A stretch of DNA of 64,000 nucleotides from NCBI GenBank assembly GCA_028688415.1, contig JAQTYF010000001.1:400627-464626 (forward strand). The letters are read 5' to 3'. The stretch is from Candidatus Moraniibacteriota bacterium (GTDB lineage: Bacteria > Patescibacteriota > Minisyncoccia > Moranbacterales > UBA1568). Positions within the stretch are counted from its first letter, which is position 1; each line of letters starts with the position of its first letter. The notes under the pieces are model-generated. The model ran no database searches, was not told where the DNA came from, and was given only the letters and a program-made list of their open reading frames with translations. Shown one piece after another: positions 47,228 through 56,996 of the stretch. The translations under genes were made by a program, and so were the position numbers.

Positions 47228-48556
47228 TCACCCTTTCTTCGCTTCTATCACTGCTTTTCCAACAAATGGTTGCAGGACTTCTGGAACAGAAACACTCCCG
47301 TCGGCATTCTGATAATTTTCGAGGATAGCGATGAGAATACGCGGACTCGGAAGCGCAGTGTTATTGAGCATAAAAGCGTATTTTCGTTCCCCTGTCGTAG
47401 CATCTTTGTATTTCACATTGAGACGACGAGACTGCCAATCAAGAAAATTGGATGCAGAACCTGTCTCACCATAGCGATTCATTCCCGGCATCCAGGCTTC
47501 GAGATCAAATGCTCGATATTTCCCAGCACTCATATCACCACTACAGATTTGTATCTTACGATATGGCAGGCCGAGTTCCTGATGCATTTCTTCGGAGATC
47601 GCTATCATTTCATCCTGCAAAGCATCGACAGATGACATATCGGCGGTAGTAATAACTACTTGTTCTACTTTCATAAACTCGTGCACGCGATACATTCCTT
47701 TGGTATCCTTGCCATAACTCCCGATTTCACTACGGTAACACTGACTGAAACCAGCAAATTTGACTGGGAGATTTTTTTCCTCCAAGACTTCTCCGGAATA
47801 GTATGCGAGAAGCGATGGCTCGGCAGTGCCTACCAAAAATTTTTCTTCTTTAGCAAGGCTCCCATCAGCCTCCTTGTCTGAGGTCGCCACCTGATAAATC
47901 TCATCAATAGCACCATCATACTGTGCGCCCTTGAAATATCCACTGCCAAAAAGAGGGAATCCTTTCACGAGTGTTGGGGGAATCATTGGTGTGTATCCCT
48001 TGGAAACGAGTTTTTGCACAGCATACATCATGAGTCCCATCACAAGAAGCATGCCTTCATTCTTCAGATAATATCCACGATACCCAGACACTTTCGTTCC
48101 GCGCTCAAAGTCGATAATATCGAGCATCATACCGAGTTCTATATGTGTACGTGGGATAAAATCAAATGTAGGCACTGCTCCAGAATTGAAGGTTTCGACA
48201 TTCTGTTCCTCACTCGTTCCGATCGGTGTATCTCCTGAAATAATATTTGGCACCTGTGCCATGAGCTCATCATATTCTTTCTTCACTTCTTCAAAGAGAG
48301 GCTCTTTCTCATCGAGTTTCATCTTGATATCTTTTCCTTTGGCAATGATTTCGACACGCTCCTCTTCTGATTTTGCTTGATGAATCAGATCATTGATATC
48401 ATTCTTGAGTGATTTTAATTCTTCAATATCTTGGATAAGAAGTACTCGCTCTTCTGATTTCGCGAGAAGTACCGTCAGATCAAGTGAGCTGTGTTTCGCT
48501 TGAATCGCTTTCTCTACTTCTTCTCTATTATTTTTGATGAATTGAATATCGAGCAT
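47228..48556 (-). CDS. serS: Serine--tRNA ligase
   Basis: MLDIQFI, LVGTAE, YRSEIG, YRVHEFMKVEQ, SASNFLDWQSRRL, LNNT. Confidence 0.97.
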   Translation of the reverse strand: MLDIQFIKNNREEVEKAIQAKHSSLDLTVLLAKSEERVLLIQDIEELKSLKNDINDLIHQAKSEEERVEIIAKGKDIKMKLDEKEPLFEEVKKEYDELMAQVPNIISGDTPIGTSEEQNVETFNSGAVPTFDFIPRTHIELGMMLDIIDFERGTKVSGYRGYYLKNEGMLLVMGLMMYAVQKLVSKGYTPMIPPTLVKGFPLFGSGYFKGAQYDGAIDEIYQVATSDKEADGSLAKEEKFLVGTAEPSLLAYYSGEVLEEKNLPVKFAGFSQCYRSEIGSYGKDTKGMYRVHEFMKVEQVVITTADMSSVDALQDEMIAISEEMHQELGLPYRKIQICSGDMSAGKYRAFDLEAWMPGMNRYGETGSASNFLDWQSRRLNVKYKDATTGERKYAFMLNNTALPSPRILIAILENYQNADGSVSVPEVLQPFVGKAVIEAKKG

Positions 48557-48724
48557 ATTTTTAGCTTCTTAGCTTCATTAGCTTTTTAGATTTCAAATGA
48601 ATAGGTGGTCGCACTTGGACTCGTCCGATATTCATCGGACGCCCCGCGCATGCGGGGCGAACTAGTGACCCCTGAGCAACCTGCCTGTCGGCAGACAGGT
48701 GTGAATGCAATACTCTAAACCTCA

Positions 48725-48830
48725 CCCCGTTAGAATTGTGGACAACACTGGATTCGAACCAGTGACCCCTGCAATGTGAATGCAATGCTCTAACCAACTG
48801 AGCTAGTTGTCCTCCACAATTCTAACGGGG
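48725..48830. mobile_element. Inverted-repeat-bounded mini-element carrying an intact tRNA-Val
   Basis: Perfect 18-bp IR CCCCGTTAGAATTGTGGA (48725-48742)/TCCACAATTCTAACGGGG (48813-48830); mobility is inferred. Confidence 0.6.
48739..48812 (-). tRNA. tRNA-Val(CAC)
   Basis: GGACAAC/GTTGTCC acceptor, TAGCTCAGTTGGTTAGAGC D arm, anticodon loop TTCACAT, GGTTCGAATCC. Confidence 0.94.
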
Positions 48831-48853
48831 CAAGCCTGAGCTATAACCTTTTT

Positions 48854-50338
48854 TTATTCTTCTTTTGTTTTCACTGGAGGAAAAATAACGGTCTCTCGTA
48901 CAGAACGATCCATAAGAATGGCAAACAATCGCTCGCTCAAACCAAAACCACACGCCGGAGGCATACCATATTCCAGTGCCTGAAGGAAGTCTTCATCAAA
49001 CATCATACCTTCGGCATCACCAGCATCACGGAGCTTCATCTGTTCTTCAAATCGTAGACGTTGATCGATTGGATCATTCAGTTCTGCAAAACCGTTTCCC
49101 ACCTCACTCTTCACCACTACTGGCTGAAAACGAAGTGCCTTTCTCGGATCACTTGGATCTTTCTTGGCAAGCGGTGAAACTTCTATCGGCTGACCCACGA
49201 GGAAACACGGCTGGATCAATTTCTGTCGCACCGTTTTCTTGTAGATCGTATCAATCATTCGACCTTTGCCAGCTGATGGTTCGTATTTGATATGAAGTTC
49301 ATCCGCTTTTTCTCGGAGTGTCTCGAGGCTGATATCTGAGGAAAGGTCGAGGCCTGTTTCTTTCTGAAACTCCGTAAAATAATCCACTCGAGGAAAGGGT
49401 TTACTCCAATCAATTACGTTACCTTCATGCGTCGATTGCATCGTGTCACCACACACGGCACGAGCGACGTTTTGATATAGCTTCTCTGTCAGTGCCATCC
49501 CCTGTTCCATATTCATATAGGCGGCATAAAACTCCATGTGATCGAATTCTTGCAAGTGTTCTCGGTCAATACCCTCATTACGGAAAACTCGTCCGATCTC
49601 GAATACTCGCTCATACCCACCGACGAGCAATCGTTTTAGAGCCAATTCGAGAGAGATACGCAAATAGAAATCTTGATCGAGAGCGTTGTGATGAGTGATG
49701 AATGGTTCTGCTTCTGCGCCTCCTGGGATGTGTTCGAGTACGGGTGTCTGCACCTCGAGGAATTTCTCCTCGGCGAGTGTTGTACGAATTGTTTGCCAAA
49801 AAATATTTTTCTTCACAAAAAGATCTCTCGTCTCTTGGTTTGCGAGCAAATCGAGATAACGACGACGGAGAAGCTCTTCTTCATCTTTCAATCCATAAAA
49901 TTCTGTCGGGATGGGACGAAGTGATTTCGAGAGCATTTGCCATGATTCGACACGCACACTTTTCTCATTTTGTTTCGTCAAAAAAACTGTGCCTGTTACA
50001 GACAAAAAATCTCCCATTTCTACTGATTTCTTGAACAGCTGAAACATATCTTCTCCGAGAGTTTCGAGAGAAAAGAATCCTTGTACTTGTCCGAAACCAT
50101 CTTCGAGATGACAAAAAGCGATTTTTCCCATCACACGAAGTGACCGCACGCGTCCCACTACCGATACTTTTTGTTCGGTATTTGAGAGACTCTCAAACTG
50201 ATCAACTATCTCCTGACTCGTATGAGTGCGAAATACTGTCTCCGGATATGCGGTACCGAATGATTTTATCAATTGAGTCAGTTTCTCTTTTTTTGTCGCA
50301 ACAATATCTTCACGCATAAGAAAATGGTTTTGAACCAA
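48854..50338 (-). CDS. lysS: Lysine--tRNA ligase (class II)
   Basis: R.MGK..F, RRRYLDL, YLRISLEL.LKRL, FRNEG, ALEYGMPP; start may be 50317. Confidence 0.97.
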   Translation of the reverse strand: MVQNHFLMREDIVATKKEKLTQLIKSFGTAYPETVFRTHTSQEIVDQFESLSNTEQKVSVVGRVRSLRVMGKIAFCHLEDGFGQVQGFFSLETLGEDMFQLFKKSVEMGDFLSVTGTVFLTKQNEKSVRVESWQMLSKSLRPIPTEFYGLKDEEELLRRRYLDLLANQETRDLFVKKNIFWQTIRTTLAEEKFLEVQTPVLEHIPGGAEAEPFITHHNALDQDFYLRISLELALKRLLVGGYERVFEIGRVFRNEGIDREHLQEFDHMEFYAAYMNMEQGMALTEKLYQNVARAVCGDTMQSTHEGNVIDWSKPFPRVDYFTEFQKETGLDLSSDISLETLREKADELHIKYEPSAGKGRMIDTIYKKTVRQKLIQPCFLVGQPIEVSPLAKKDPSDPRKALRFQPVVVKSEVGNGFAELNDPIDQRLRFEEQMKLRDAGDAEGMMFDEDFLQALEYGMPPACGFGLSERLFAILMDRSVRETVIFPPVKTKEE

Positions 50339-50421
50339 TGTGTGTATTACAAAGACATTCTACCCCAATACAAAGGAAAAGACAAGAAACAAAAACCCGA
50401 GATTTCTCTCGGGCATACACA

Positions 50422-50877
50422 TTATTCGATGGAGATAATCTTGTAACTGATCACACCTGCTGGGACCTTTACTTCTATCGTATCCCCTTTCTCTTTTCCG
50501 ATAAATTCTTTCCCGAGAGGAGATTCGTTGGAAATTTTACCGTTTGCCGGATCAACTTCATTGGAACCGACTATCTCGAAAAAAAGAGTCTTACTACTTA
50601 CCTTGACCTCTATTTTTGAACCAATGCCAACCGTAGAGGAGCTTTTCTGCTTTTTGGTCACGATAGAATCCTTGAGCATTGCTTCAAGCTCTGCAATACG
50701 AGCCTCATTTTCATTCTGACTATGTTTTGCTTCACTGTATTCTGCGTTTTCAGAGAGATCACCCTGCTCTTTCGCTTCTTTGATAGCAGTAGCAATTTCA
50801 TGACGAATTTTGAGTTTGCGCTCATCAAGTTCCGTATTCAATTTTTTCAGACCTTCTTCAGTAAAAATCCTTGCCAT
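50422..50877 (-). CDS. greA: Transcription elongation factor GreA
   Basis: GDLSENAEY, ISNESPLG. Confidence 0.97.
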   Translation of the reverse strand: MARIFTEEGLKKLNTELDERKLKIRHEIATAIKEAKEQGDLSENAEYSEAKHSQNENEARIAELEAMLKDSIVTKKQKSSSTVGIGSKIEVKVSSKTLFFEIVGSNEVDPANGKISNESPLGKEFIGKEKGDTIEVKVPAGVISYKIISIE

Positions 50878-51071
50878 AGTATATATCCTTACAATAAATA
50901 AAAGTTTATTTTTTGAACGAAGAATATTCTTTCGAATCATCTTCTTTCTCTCCTCTCAACAATAGACATTCTTCTTCGTTGTGTATTGCCTTGTGTAACA
51001 AAAACTTCTTTCCATGAGGAGAGAAGATGGTACAGAGTTTATATATAGTATCAAAAATGAAATAAATGTCA

Positions 51072-51097
51072 ACCACGTCGCTCGCGAGCGATGTGGT
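51072..51097. repeat. Small palindrome, same family as 1971-1997
   Basis: ACCACGTCGCTCGCGAGCGATGTGGT flanked by CA on both sides. Confidence 0.7.
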
Positions 51098-51169
51098 CAA
51101 TCCCATCTTTCTCTTCGCAAGTGACAATACAAATCGTGATGAATGCTATTTTTAGGCTCAATATAAGCA

Positions 51170-53065
51170 TTATTCATGCGAATTAGATTGAGAAAAATAC
51201 CAATCATAGACTGATTGGGTCAGAGGTACTGCATTGTACCCTTCTTCTCCCTGTCCCTCTACAAGGACAATCATCGACAGTGTCGGCTGTTCAAATGGAG
51301 CAAATGACACAAACCATCCGTGTGTTTTTTCCTCATTACCGAATTGCGCTGTCCCTGTTTTGCCAGCAACCTCTATCGGCAAAGTCTGAAGTGACTGAGC
51401 AGTTCCCTCTGTGACCGTCTTCCTCATTCCTTCACGAACAATGCGTAAAATATTCGTATCCATAAAATCTTTTCGCACTATTTCTGGAAGAATAGGGGTC
51501 ACAACACCATTAGCAGAACGTATCTGAGCGACAACCTTCGGTACATACAACGTACCATTATTTGCAATCGCAGAGATAGAGTTGAGTATTTGGAGAGGAG
51601 TGGCGGTAATAAATCCCTGACCAATAGAAGCATGATAGTCATCACCAATATACCAACGTTCACCGATAACATCTTTCTTCCATTGTGGATCAGGAATGAA
51701 TCCGTCAGCCTCACCTGGTATATCGATATTTGTCTTGCTTCCATACCCAAAAAGGTTTTCATATTTTTTCATCCGATCCATTCCGAGACCAGATACTCCT
51801 CCATATCCACCACCGATCGCATAAAAGAAAACGTCGCTTGAGACAGCAATCGCTCTTCTGATATCGGTAAAACCGTTGACTCTCCAATCACCGAAGAAAA
51901 ATTTTCCAATACTGATACCTCCACGACTTTCTATTTCTCTGTGTTCATTGACGACACCTTCTTTCAGGGCAGCAGCAGCGACCACGGGCTTGATCGTCGA
52001 TCCAGGAGGATACTCTCCCGAAATCGCACGGTTAAACAACGGGAGAGCGGGGTCATCGATAAGCATTTTGTATTCTTTGGATGAGATCCCTCCTACAAAA
52101 AGATTATTGTCATAACTCGGGAAACTAACAAGAGCACGAACAGCGCCATCTCTTGGATCCATAGCAATCACAGCAGCTTGTTTCAAATTTTTCTTTTCGA
52201 GCCATGTTTGCAGATCATCAAAAATCTTTTTCTGTAATTCTGCATCAATATTGAGAATGAGGTCACTCCCTAAAAGAGGCTGGACTATTCCAAGTTCCTT
52301 CTTGATATGACCCAGAGAATCTACTTCGGCTTGCTGAAATCCGTTAGTGCCATGAAGCGAGGTCTCATAACTTTTTTCAATACCTTGTTTACCAAGAGAA
52401 TCTGTCACGAGATACCCCGGATGCGAAATCAGATCTTCTTTCCGAATTTTTCCTTCGTACCCGAGGATATGAGAGAAAATGAGACTGTCTGCATATTGTC
52501 GTTTGGTTGTTTTGTAGAGATTGATACCTGGAAGTTCTCGGGCTCGACTCAAAAACAAAATCGTTTCTTCTTGATCTATTTGTTCCTTCAAAATGATTGG
52601 TTCGAGAGATCGTCGATCCAGTTTCTGAAAAATGTCATCCAGCACTGCGTGATCGAGAGAAAAAGTTGCAAGAAGCACACTTTTGATTCTCTCCTGTTCT
52701 ACCTGATCTTTCGGTATATCGAGAGGAATCAGTACGATGTCCATACTCGGAATATTTGATACGAGCTGTTTTCCAAAACGATCATAGATGATACCACGAG
52801 GAGCAGGTATGACGATTTTTCGTAGACTGTTGTTTTCAGCGATTCCCTGATATTCTGCCCCTTTGATAACATTGAGATAGAAAACACGTCCTCCAAAACC
52901 AATAAAAACAAAAATGATAAGAAACCAAAAAAACGTCAGAAGAGAACGATTGAGTGGCCATTCGATTTTGTCAGCATCACCTTCCGTAATCGTCAAAACG
53001 GCATCGTCTATTTCCATTCCATGTTTCTGTATTTTGTATTCATTTCTGTTGATAAAAAGTGGCAT
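51170..53065 (-). CDS. mrdA: Penicillin-binding protein 2
   Basis: APRGIIYDR, PGSTIK (SxxK), SSD (SxN variant), KTGTAQ; in mreBCD operon. Confidence 0.95.
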   Translation of the reverse strand: MPLFINRNEYKIQKHGMEIDDAVLTITEGDADKIEWPLNRSLLTFFWFLIIFVFIGFGGRVFYLNVIKGAEYQGIAENNSLRKIVIPAPRGIIYDRFGKQLVSNIPSMDIVLIPLDIPKDQVEQERIKSVLLATFSLDHAVLDDIFQKLDRRSLEPIILKEQIDQEETILFLSRARELPGINLYKTTKRQYADSLIFSHILGYEGKIRKEDLISHPGYLVTDSLGKQGIEKSYETSLHGTNGFQQAEVDSLGHIKKELGIVQPLLGSDLILNIDAELQKKIFDDLQTWLEKKNLKQAAVIAMDPRDGAVRALVSFPSYDNNLFVGGISSKEYKMLIDDPALPLFNRAISGEYPPGSTIKPVVAAAALKEGVVNEHREIESRGGISIGKFFFGDWRVNGFTDIRRAIAVSSDVFFYAIGGGYGGVSGLGMDRMKKYENLFGYGSKTNIDIPGEADGFIPDPQWKKDVIGERWYIGDDYHASIGQGFITATPLQILNSISAIANNGTLYVPKVVAQIRSANGVVTPILPEIVRKDFMDTNILRIVREGMRKTVTEGTAQSLQTLPIEVAGKTGTAQFGNEEKTHGWFVSFAPFEQPTLSMIVLVEGQGEEGYNAVPLTQSVYDWYFSQSNSHE

Positions 53066-53078
53066 AGAGAAAAAACTA

Positions 53079-53615
53079 TTATTTTATTCTTGAAAATTCT
53101 CTTGTGGAAAGAAGGGTCATATATCGTTCAAATCGAGTGATGATTGAAGAGACAACAAGAAATGTCGGGATGCAGAGGAGCATAGAAAACAATACGTCTT
53201 TCGAAAAAAGGAACGAAAGAAAAAAATCAATTGTAAAATATTCTTTTCCAGAAAACAGAAAAGAAAATATTCTAAATCCCACAAGAGCAGAGGCAGAGAG
53301 GGCAAGGGAAAGAGTAATACCGATAGTGCTCTGTTCGATAGAGAGTCGTCGTGAGAGGAAACTTGTCGCATAAACGAGACAAATAGCATACAGCGAGAAA
53401 ATACCTGGTGTGCCAGAAGAAATAATATCAAGTAGCATAGTCGTCGGTATCACTCGCATAAAAACCTGCGGGAAAGGTATCAGAAGAGACCAAACAATAA
53501 GGGCGACAAAAATCGCTATTGGGACCGTCATCCACGGGAACAAAATATCAAAAAAAGAAATCTGAAAAGAAACAAGTGCGAGAATGAATAAAAGTCGAAA
53601 GAAAAAAAGTCTCAT
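53079..53615 (-). CDS. mreD: Probable rod shape-determining protein MreD
   Basis: Five-TM protein between mreC and mrdA; assignment by synteny. Confidence 0.65.
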   Translation of the reverse strand: MRLFFFRLLFILALVSFQISFFDILFPWMTVPIAIFVALIVWSLLIPFPQVFMRVIPTTMLLDIISSGTPGIFSLYAICLVYATSFLSRRLSIEQSTIGITLSLALSASALVGFRIFSFLFSGKEYFTIDFFLSFLFSKDVLFSMLLCIPTFLVVSSIITRFERYMTLLSTREFSRIK

Positions 53616-53618
53616 ATG

Positions 53619-54437
53619 TTAAAAGACATTCTGTATAACAAAGACATATCGCATTTGATCAAATCGAAGAGGAGGTACAATCGTTGCTTTTTGAAATAGC
53701 TTGTCGCTCGAGAGATGAATATTCTGCAAGGTCCCTATCACCAATCCTCTTGGCACATCACCACCGAGTCCTGATGTGATGATAGTATCACCGACTTTGA
53801 TAGTATCCTTTTGCAACACCATATCGAGTATAAGACCGAGTCCATATTCTCCCTTCACAATTCCTTTTGCTTCACTTTCGACAGAGACACCGCTAATAAG
53901 ACTCTCTCCATTCGAGAGAAGCATCACTCGTGCACTGGCTGGAAATACTTCTACTATTCTCCCAACAAATATACCCTTGTCGACAATAACGGACATTCCT
54001 TCTTTCATGCCAGTATTTGCGCCCTTATCAATAGAGATCCAATTTCCCATACCAGAGACGTCTCGACCAATCACTGTGGCTGCGCGAAGATCAAATTTCT
54101 CTCTCGGGAGTAATCCTATTTCTTTTCGTAACTCATCATTTTCTCTCTGTACATCAGCATATTGTGCATTCTCTACTACTAACGATAGACGCTCTTTCTC
54201 GAGGCGTATATTCTCATCTTTGAGTTCACCGATGGAGCCAAAAAAAGTATAGAGAGCACTGAATTCAAAAGCCATCACCGAAAATACTTTCTGTACAGGA
54301 TAGATTACTGTCATTACCACACTCTGTACAGGAGCAAATATCCATGCCGGACTCATTTCAACAGAGACCCATACTATACAAAACAGAATCAATGCTCGAA
54401 AAAACTTTGTTTCAGTAAATTTTCTCTGTACGATCAT
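53619..54437 (-). CDS. mreC: Rod shape-determining protein MreC
   Basis: TM, coiled coil ENDELR, IDKG, TSGLGG..PRGL.IG. Confidence 0.93.
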   Translation of the reverse strand: MIVQRKFTETKFFRALILFCIVWVSVEMSPAWIFAPVQSVVMTVIYPVQKVFSVMAFEFSALYTFFGSIGELKDENIRLEKERLSLVVENAQYADVQRENDELRKEIGLLPREKFDLRAATVIGRDVSGMGNWISIDKGANTGMKEGMSVIVDKGIFVGRIVEVFPASARVMLLSNGESLISGVSVESEAKGIVKGEYGLGLILDMVLQKDTIKVGDTIITSGLGGDVPRGLVIGTLQNIHLSSDKLFQKATIVPPLRFDQMRYVFVIQNVF

Positions 54438-54460
54438 AAGACATAATCAAAAAACTGATA

Positions 54461-55555
54461 CTATCCGATTGGCCTGTTTTCGGATTCTTCGACAAGCACT
54501 TCCTGCAAATGTTCCATATCATCAAGAACAATACCCGTACCACGCACCACTGCGGTCAGAGGATCTTCCATGAGACGCACAGGAATACCCGTTTGATTGG
54601 CGATAAGTTTATCAAGACCTTTGATAAGGCTCCCTCCTCCTGCAAGAATGATGCCTCGATACATGATGTCTGAGAGCAACTCTGGAGGAGTTTCTTCAAC
54701 AATCGTTTTGATACTATTGACGATGATACGTGTCGATCGAGAAAGAGCTTCTCTGATATGTTCGTCTGTAGCAATCACCTCTTTTGGTAATCCAGAAACG
54801 AGATCGCGACCACGGAGAGGAAACGTCAATCGTTCCTGTTGTGGATACGCATTACCAATAGCAATCTTCACTTCTTCAGCAGTTTTCTCGCCGATCAAAA
54901 TATTGAATTCATCACGACTGTATCTGACGATATCTTCATTCATCTCATCTCCTGCGATACGGAGACTCCGTGAGAGCACAACACCTCCCAATGAAATCAC
55001 TGCGATTTCTGTTGTCCCACCACCGATATCTACTACCATATTTCCTGTAGCGTTGATCACTGGGAGACGAGCGCCGATGGCTGCTGCCATAGGTTCATCT
55101 ATGAGAAATACCTGACGAGCGCCTGCATTCAGTCCCGCCTCAATAACAGCACGCTTTTCTACTTGCGTCACTCCTGACGGTATACCAATCAGTACTCGTG
55201 GTCGACGCAGAAAAGAAAAGTTTTCAGCTGTTACTTTGTTGATGAAATAACGAAGCATCTGCTGAGTCACTTCGAAATCACTCACGACGCCATCAACAAG
55301 AGGACGTGTGGCAACAATATGGCTTGGTGTTTTTCCTACCATCTTCTTGGCTTCACGTCCAATAGCAAGAATCTGTCCTGTGCGCTGATTCACTGCTACT
55401 ACAGACGGCTCGTTGATCATGATACCTTTCCCTTTGACATAGACCAAAATATTGGCTGTACCGAGGTCAATACCGATATCTTGAGTCAAATGACTGAAAA
55501 AACGATCAATAACTGTTTTCTGAAAATTCTTGAAAAAACGATCAAATTGAAACAT
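54461..55555 (-). CDS. mreB: Actin-like MreB
   Basis: IGIDLGTAN, EPSVVA, EPMAAAIGA, VDIGGGTTE, LAGGGSL. Confidence 0.98.
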   Translation of the reverse strand: MFQFDRFFKNFQKTVIDRFFSHLTQDIGIDLGTANILVYVKGKGIMINEPSVVAVNQRTGQILAIGREAKKMVGKTPSHIVATRPLVDGVVSDFEVTQQMLRYFINKVTAENFSFLRRPRVLIGIPSGVTQVEKRAVIEAGLNAGARQVFLIDEPMAAAIGARLPVINATGNMVVDIGGGTTEIAVISLGGVVLSRSLRIAGDEMNEDIVRYSRDEFNILIGEKTAEEVKIAIGNAYPQQERLTFPLRGRDLVSGLPKEVIATDEHIREALSRSTRIIVNSIKTIVEETPPELLSDIMYRGIILAGGGSLIKGLDKLIANQTGIPVRLMEDPLTAVVRGTGIVLDDMEHLQEVLVEESENRPIG

Positions 55556-55657
55556 AAAAAAAGAGAATAAAATAGGGTATTCCCCATTCTATATCATTTC
55601 TCCGAAATACTCCAGTATTCTCAAAAAAACAGTTTTTTGGTGTTTTTTACACAGTTT

Positions 55658-56920
55658 CTAAAGGTGTTTTTTTAGAGAAGTACCGGCGACATATCCCGTA
55701 GTCCAGCAGAGCTGGAGGCTATATCCTCCCGAAGGACGATCGATGTTCAATATGTCACCGACACAATACAGATTTGGATAGAGACGGGAACGCATCGTCC
55801 GAAAATCTACTTCCGAGAGAGCAACGCCTCCGCTCGTCACAATTGCTTTCTCTGCACCCAAAAGTCCCGTAACTGTCATCGACATTTCTTTTGCTCCACG
55901 ACCGAGAGAAAACCGTTCTTCTCGACTCAGAGCATTCACTGCTTTTTCTCCATCTATCTTCGCACGTTCCAGAAGCGCAGGAACGAAAGATGTAGGAATG
56001 ATTTCATCGAGAACATTCTTGATCTTTTTATTTTTATTTTCTTCAAATATTTCTTGCAGTTTTTTATCGATCATTCCATAGTCCATCTGTGGCAAGAGGT
56101 CGAGAGCAAGAGTGACTGGTCCGTATTGCAGGAACTCGCTGATGGATTTACTCATATTGAGGACGAGCGGTCCGCTCAATCCGAAATGTGTGAACAATAT
56201 TTTTCCTATCTTTTGAGGTAATATTTTTTTTCTTTTTCCTGATGCATCATTCTGAAAGAAAGAGAGTTTTGCCTCGGCGAGACTCACTCCTGACAGATCA
56301 TGTACCCATTTTTCTTTCGTAATAACGGGTACCAATATTGCTTGTGATTCGATGATGGTATGTCCTATTTCCCTGAGCCACGTAAATCCATCACCTGTCG
56401 ATCCTGTTTCCGGATGAGATTTTCCTCCAGTCGCGAGGATATATGCATGCGCCCGGAGACATTCGCCATTTCCAAGAAGTACACCTTCTATTATTCCATC
56501 ACCCATAGCAAATCCCGTTACTGTGACACCGAGATGCATCTCGACATTCCCCTCTGTCATATATTTCGTGAGCACATCAAAGACAGATTGGGATTTATCC
56601 GTTACTGGGAAGACTCGTTTTTCTGCTTCGATTTTCGTCGGCATATCATAGGAATGGAAAAAATCGAGTGTTTTCTCTACGCCAAATTGTGCGAAAGGAG
56701 AATAGAGAAACTTTGCAGAACCTTTGAATTTCGCAAGAAAAAGATGAATGTCGAACTCCGCATTGGTTACATTACAACGCCCACCACCAGTGATGAGAAG
56801 TTTCTGACCAAGCGAGGAATTCTTCTCCAAAAGCAAAACACGTGCACCACACTGTGCAGCTCGTCCAGCAGCCATCATACCAGCCGGTCCACCTCCGATT
56901 ACTATCACATCGTATTCCAT
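55658..56920 (-). CDS. HI0933/BaiN-like NAD(P)/FAD-dependent oxidoreductase
   Basis: GGGPAGMMAA, KLLITGGGRCNVTN, LFTHFGLSGP, GGYSLQ. Confidence 0.93.
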   Translation of the reverse strand: MEYDVIVIGGGPAGMMAAGRAAQCGARVLLLEKNSSLGQKLLITGGGRCNVTNAEFDIHLFLAKFKGSAKFLYSPFAQFGVEKTLDFFHSYDMPTKIEAEKRVFPVTDKSQSVFDVLTKYMTEGNVEMHLGVTVTGFAMGDGIIEGVLLGNGECLRAHAYILATGGKSHPETGSTGDGFTWLREIGHTIIESQAILVPVITKEKWVHDLSGVSLAEAKLSFFQNDASGKRKKILPQKIGKILFTHFGLSGPLVLNMSKSISEFLQYGPVTLALDLLPQMDYGMIDKKLQEIFEENKNKKIKNVLDEIIPTSFVPALLERAKIDGEKAVNALSREERFSLGRGAKEMSMTVTGLLGAEKAIVTSGGVALSEVDFRTMRSRLYPNLYCVGDILNIDRPSGGYSLQLCWTTGYVAGTSLKKHL

Positions 56921-56996
56921 AATATTACTACTCCAGATCATTGCATGAGATACACCACATATTCCCACAACCGTACTGGTCCGTCAAGCGAAAAAA

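Larger units (their letters stand above)
48604..48848 (-). pseudogene. Decayed tRNA-Val(CAC) interrupted by four insertions
   Basis: Fragments on the minus strand in tRNA order: GGTTATAGCTCAG / GTTTAGAGTATTGCATTCACA / TTGCTCAGGGGTCACTAGTTCG / AGTCCAAGTGCGACCACC. Confidence 0.75.
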
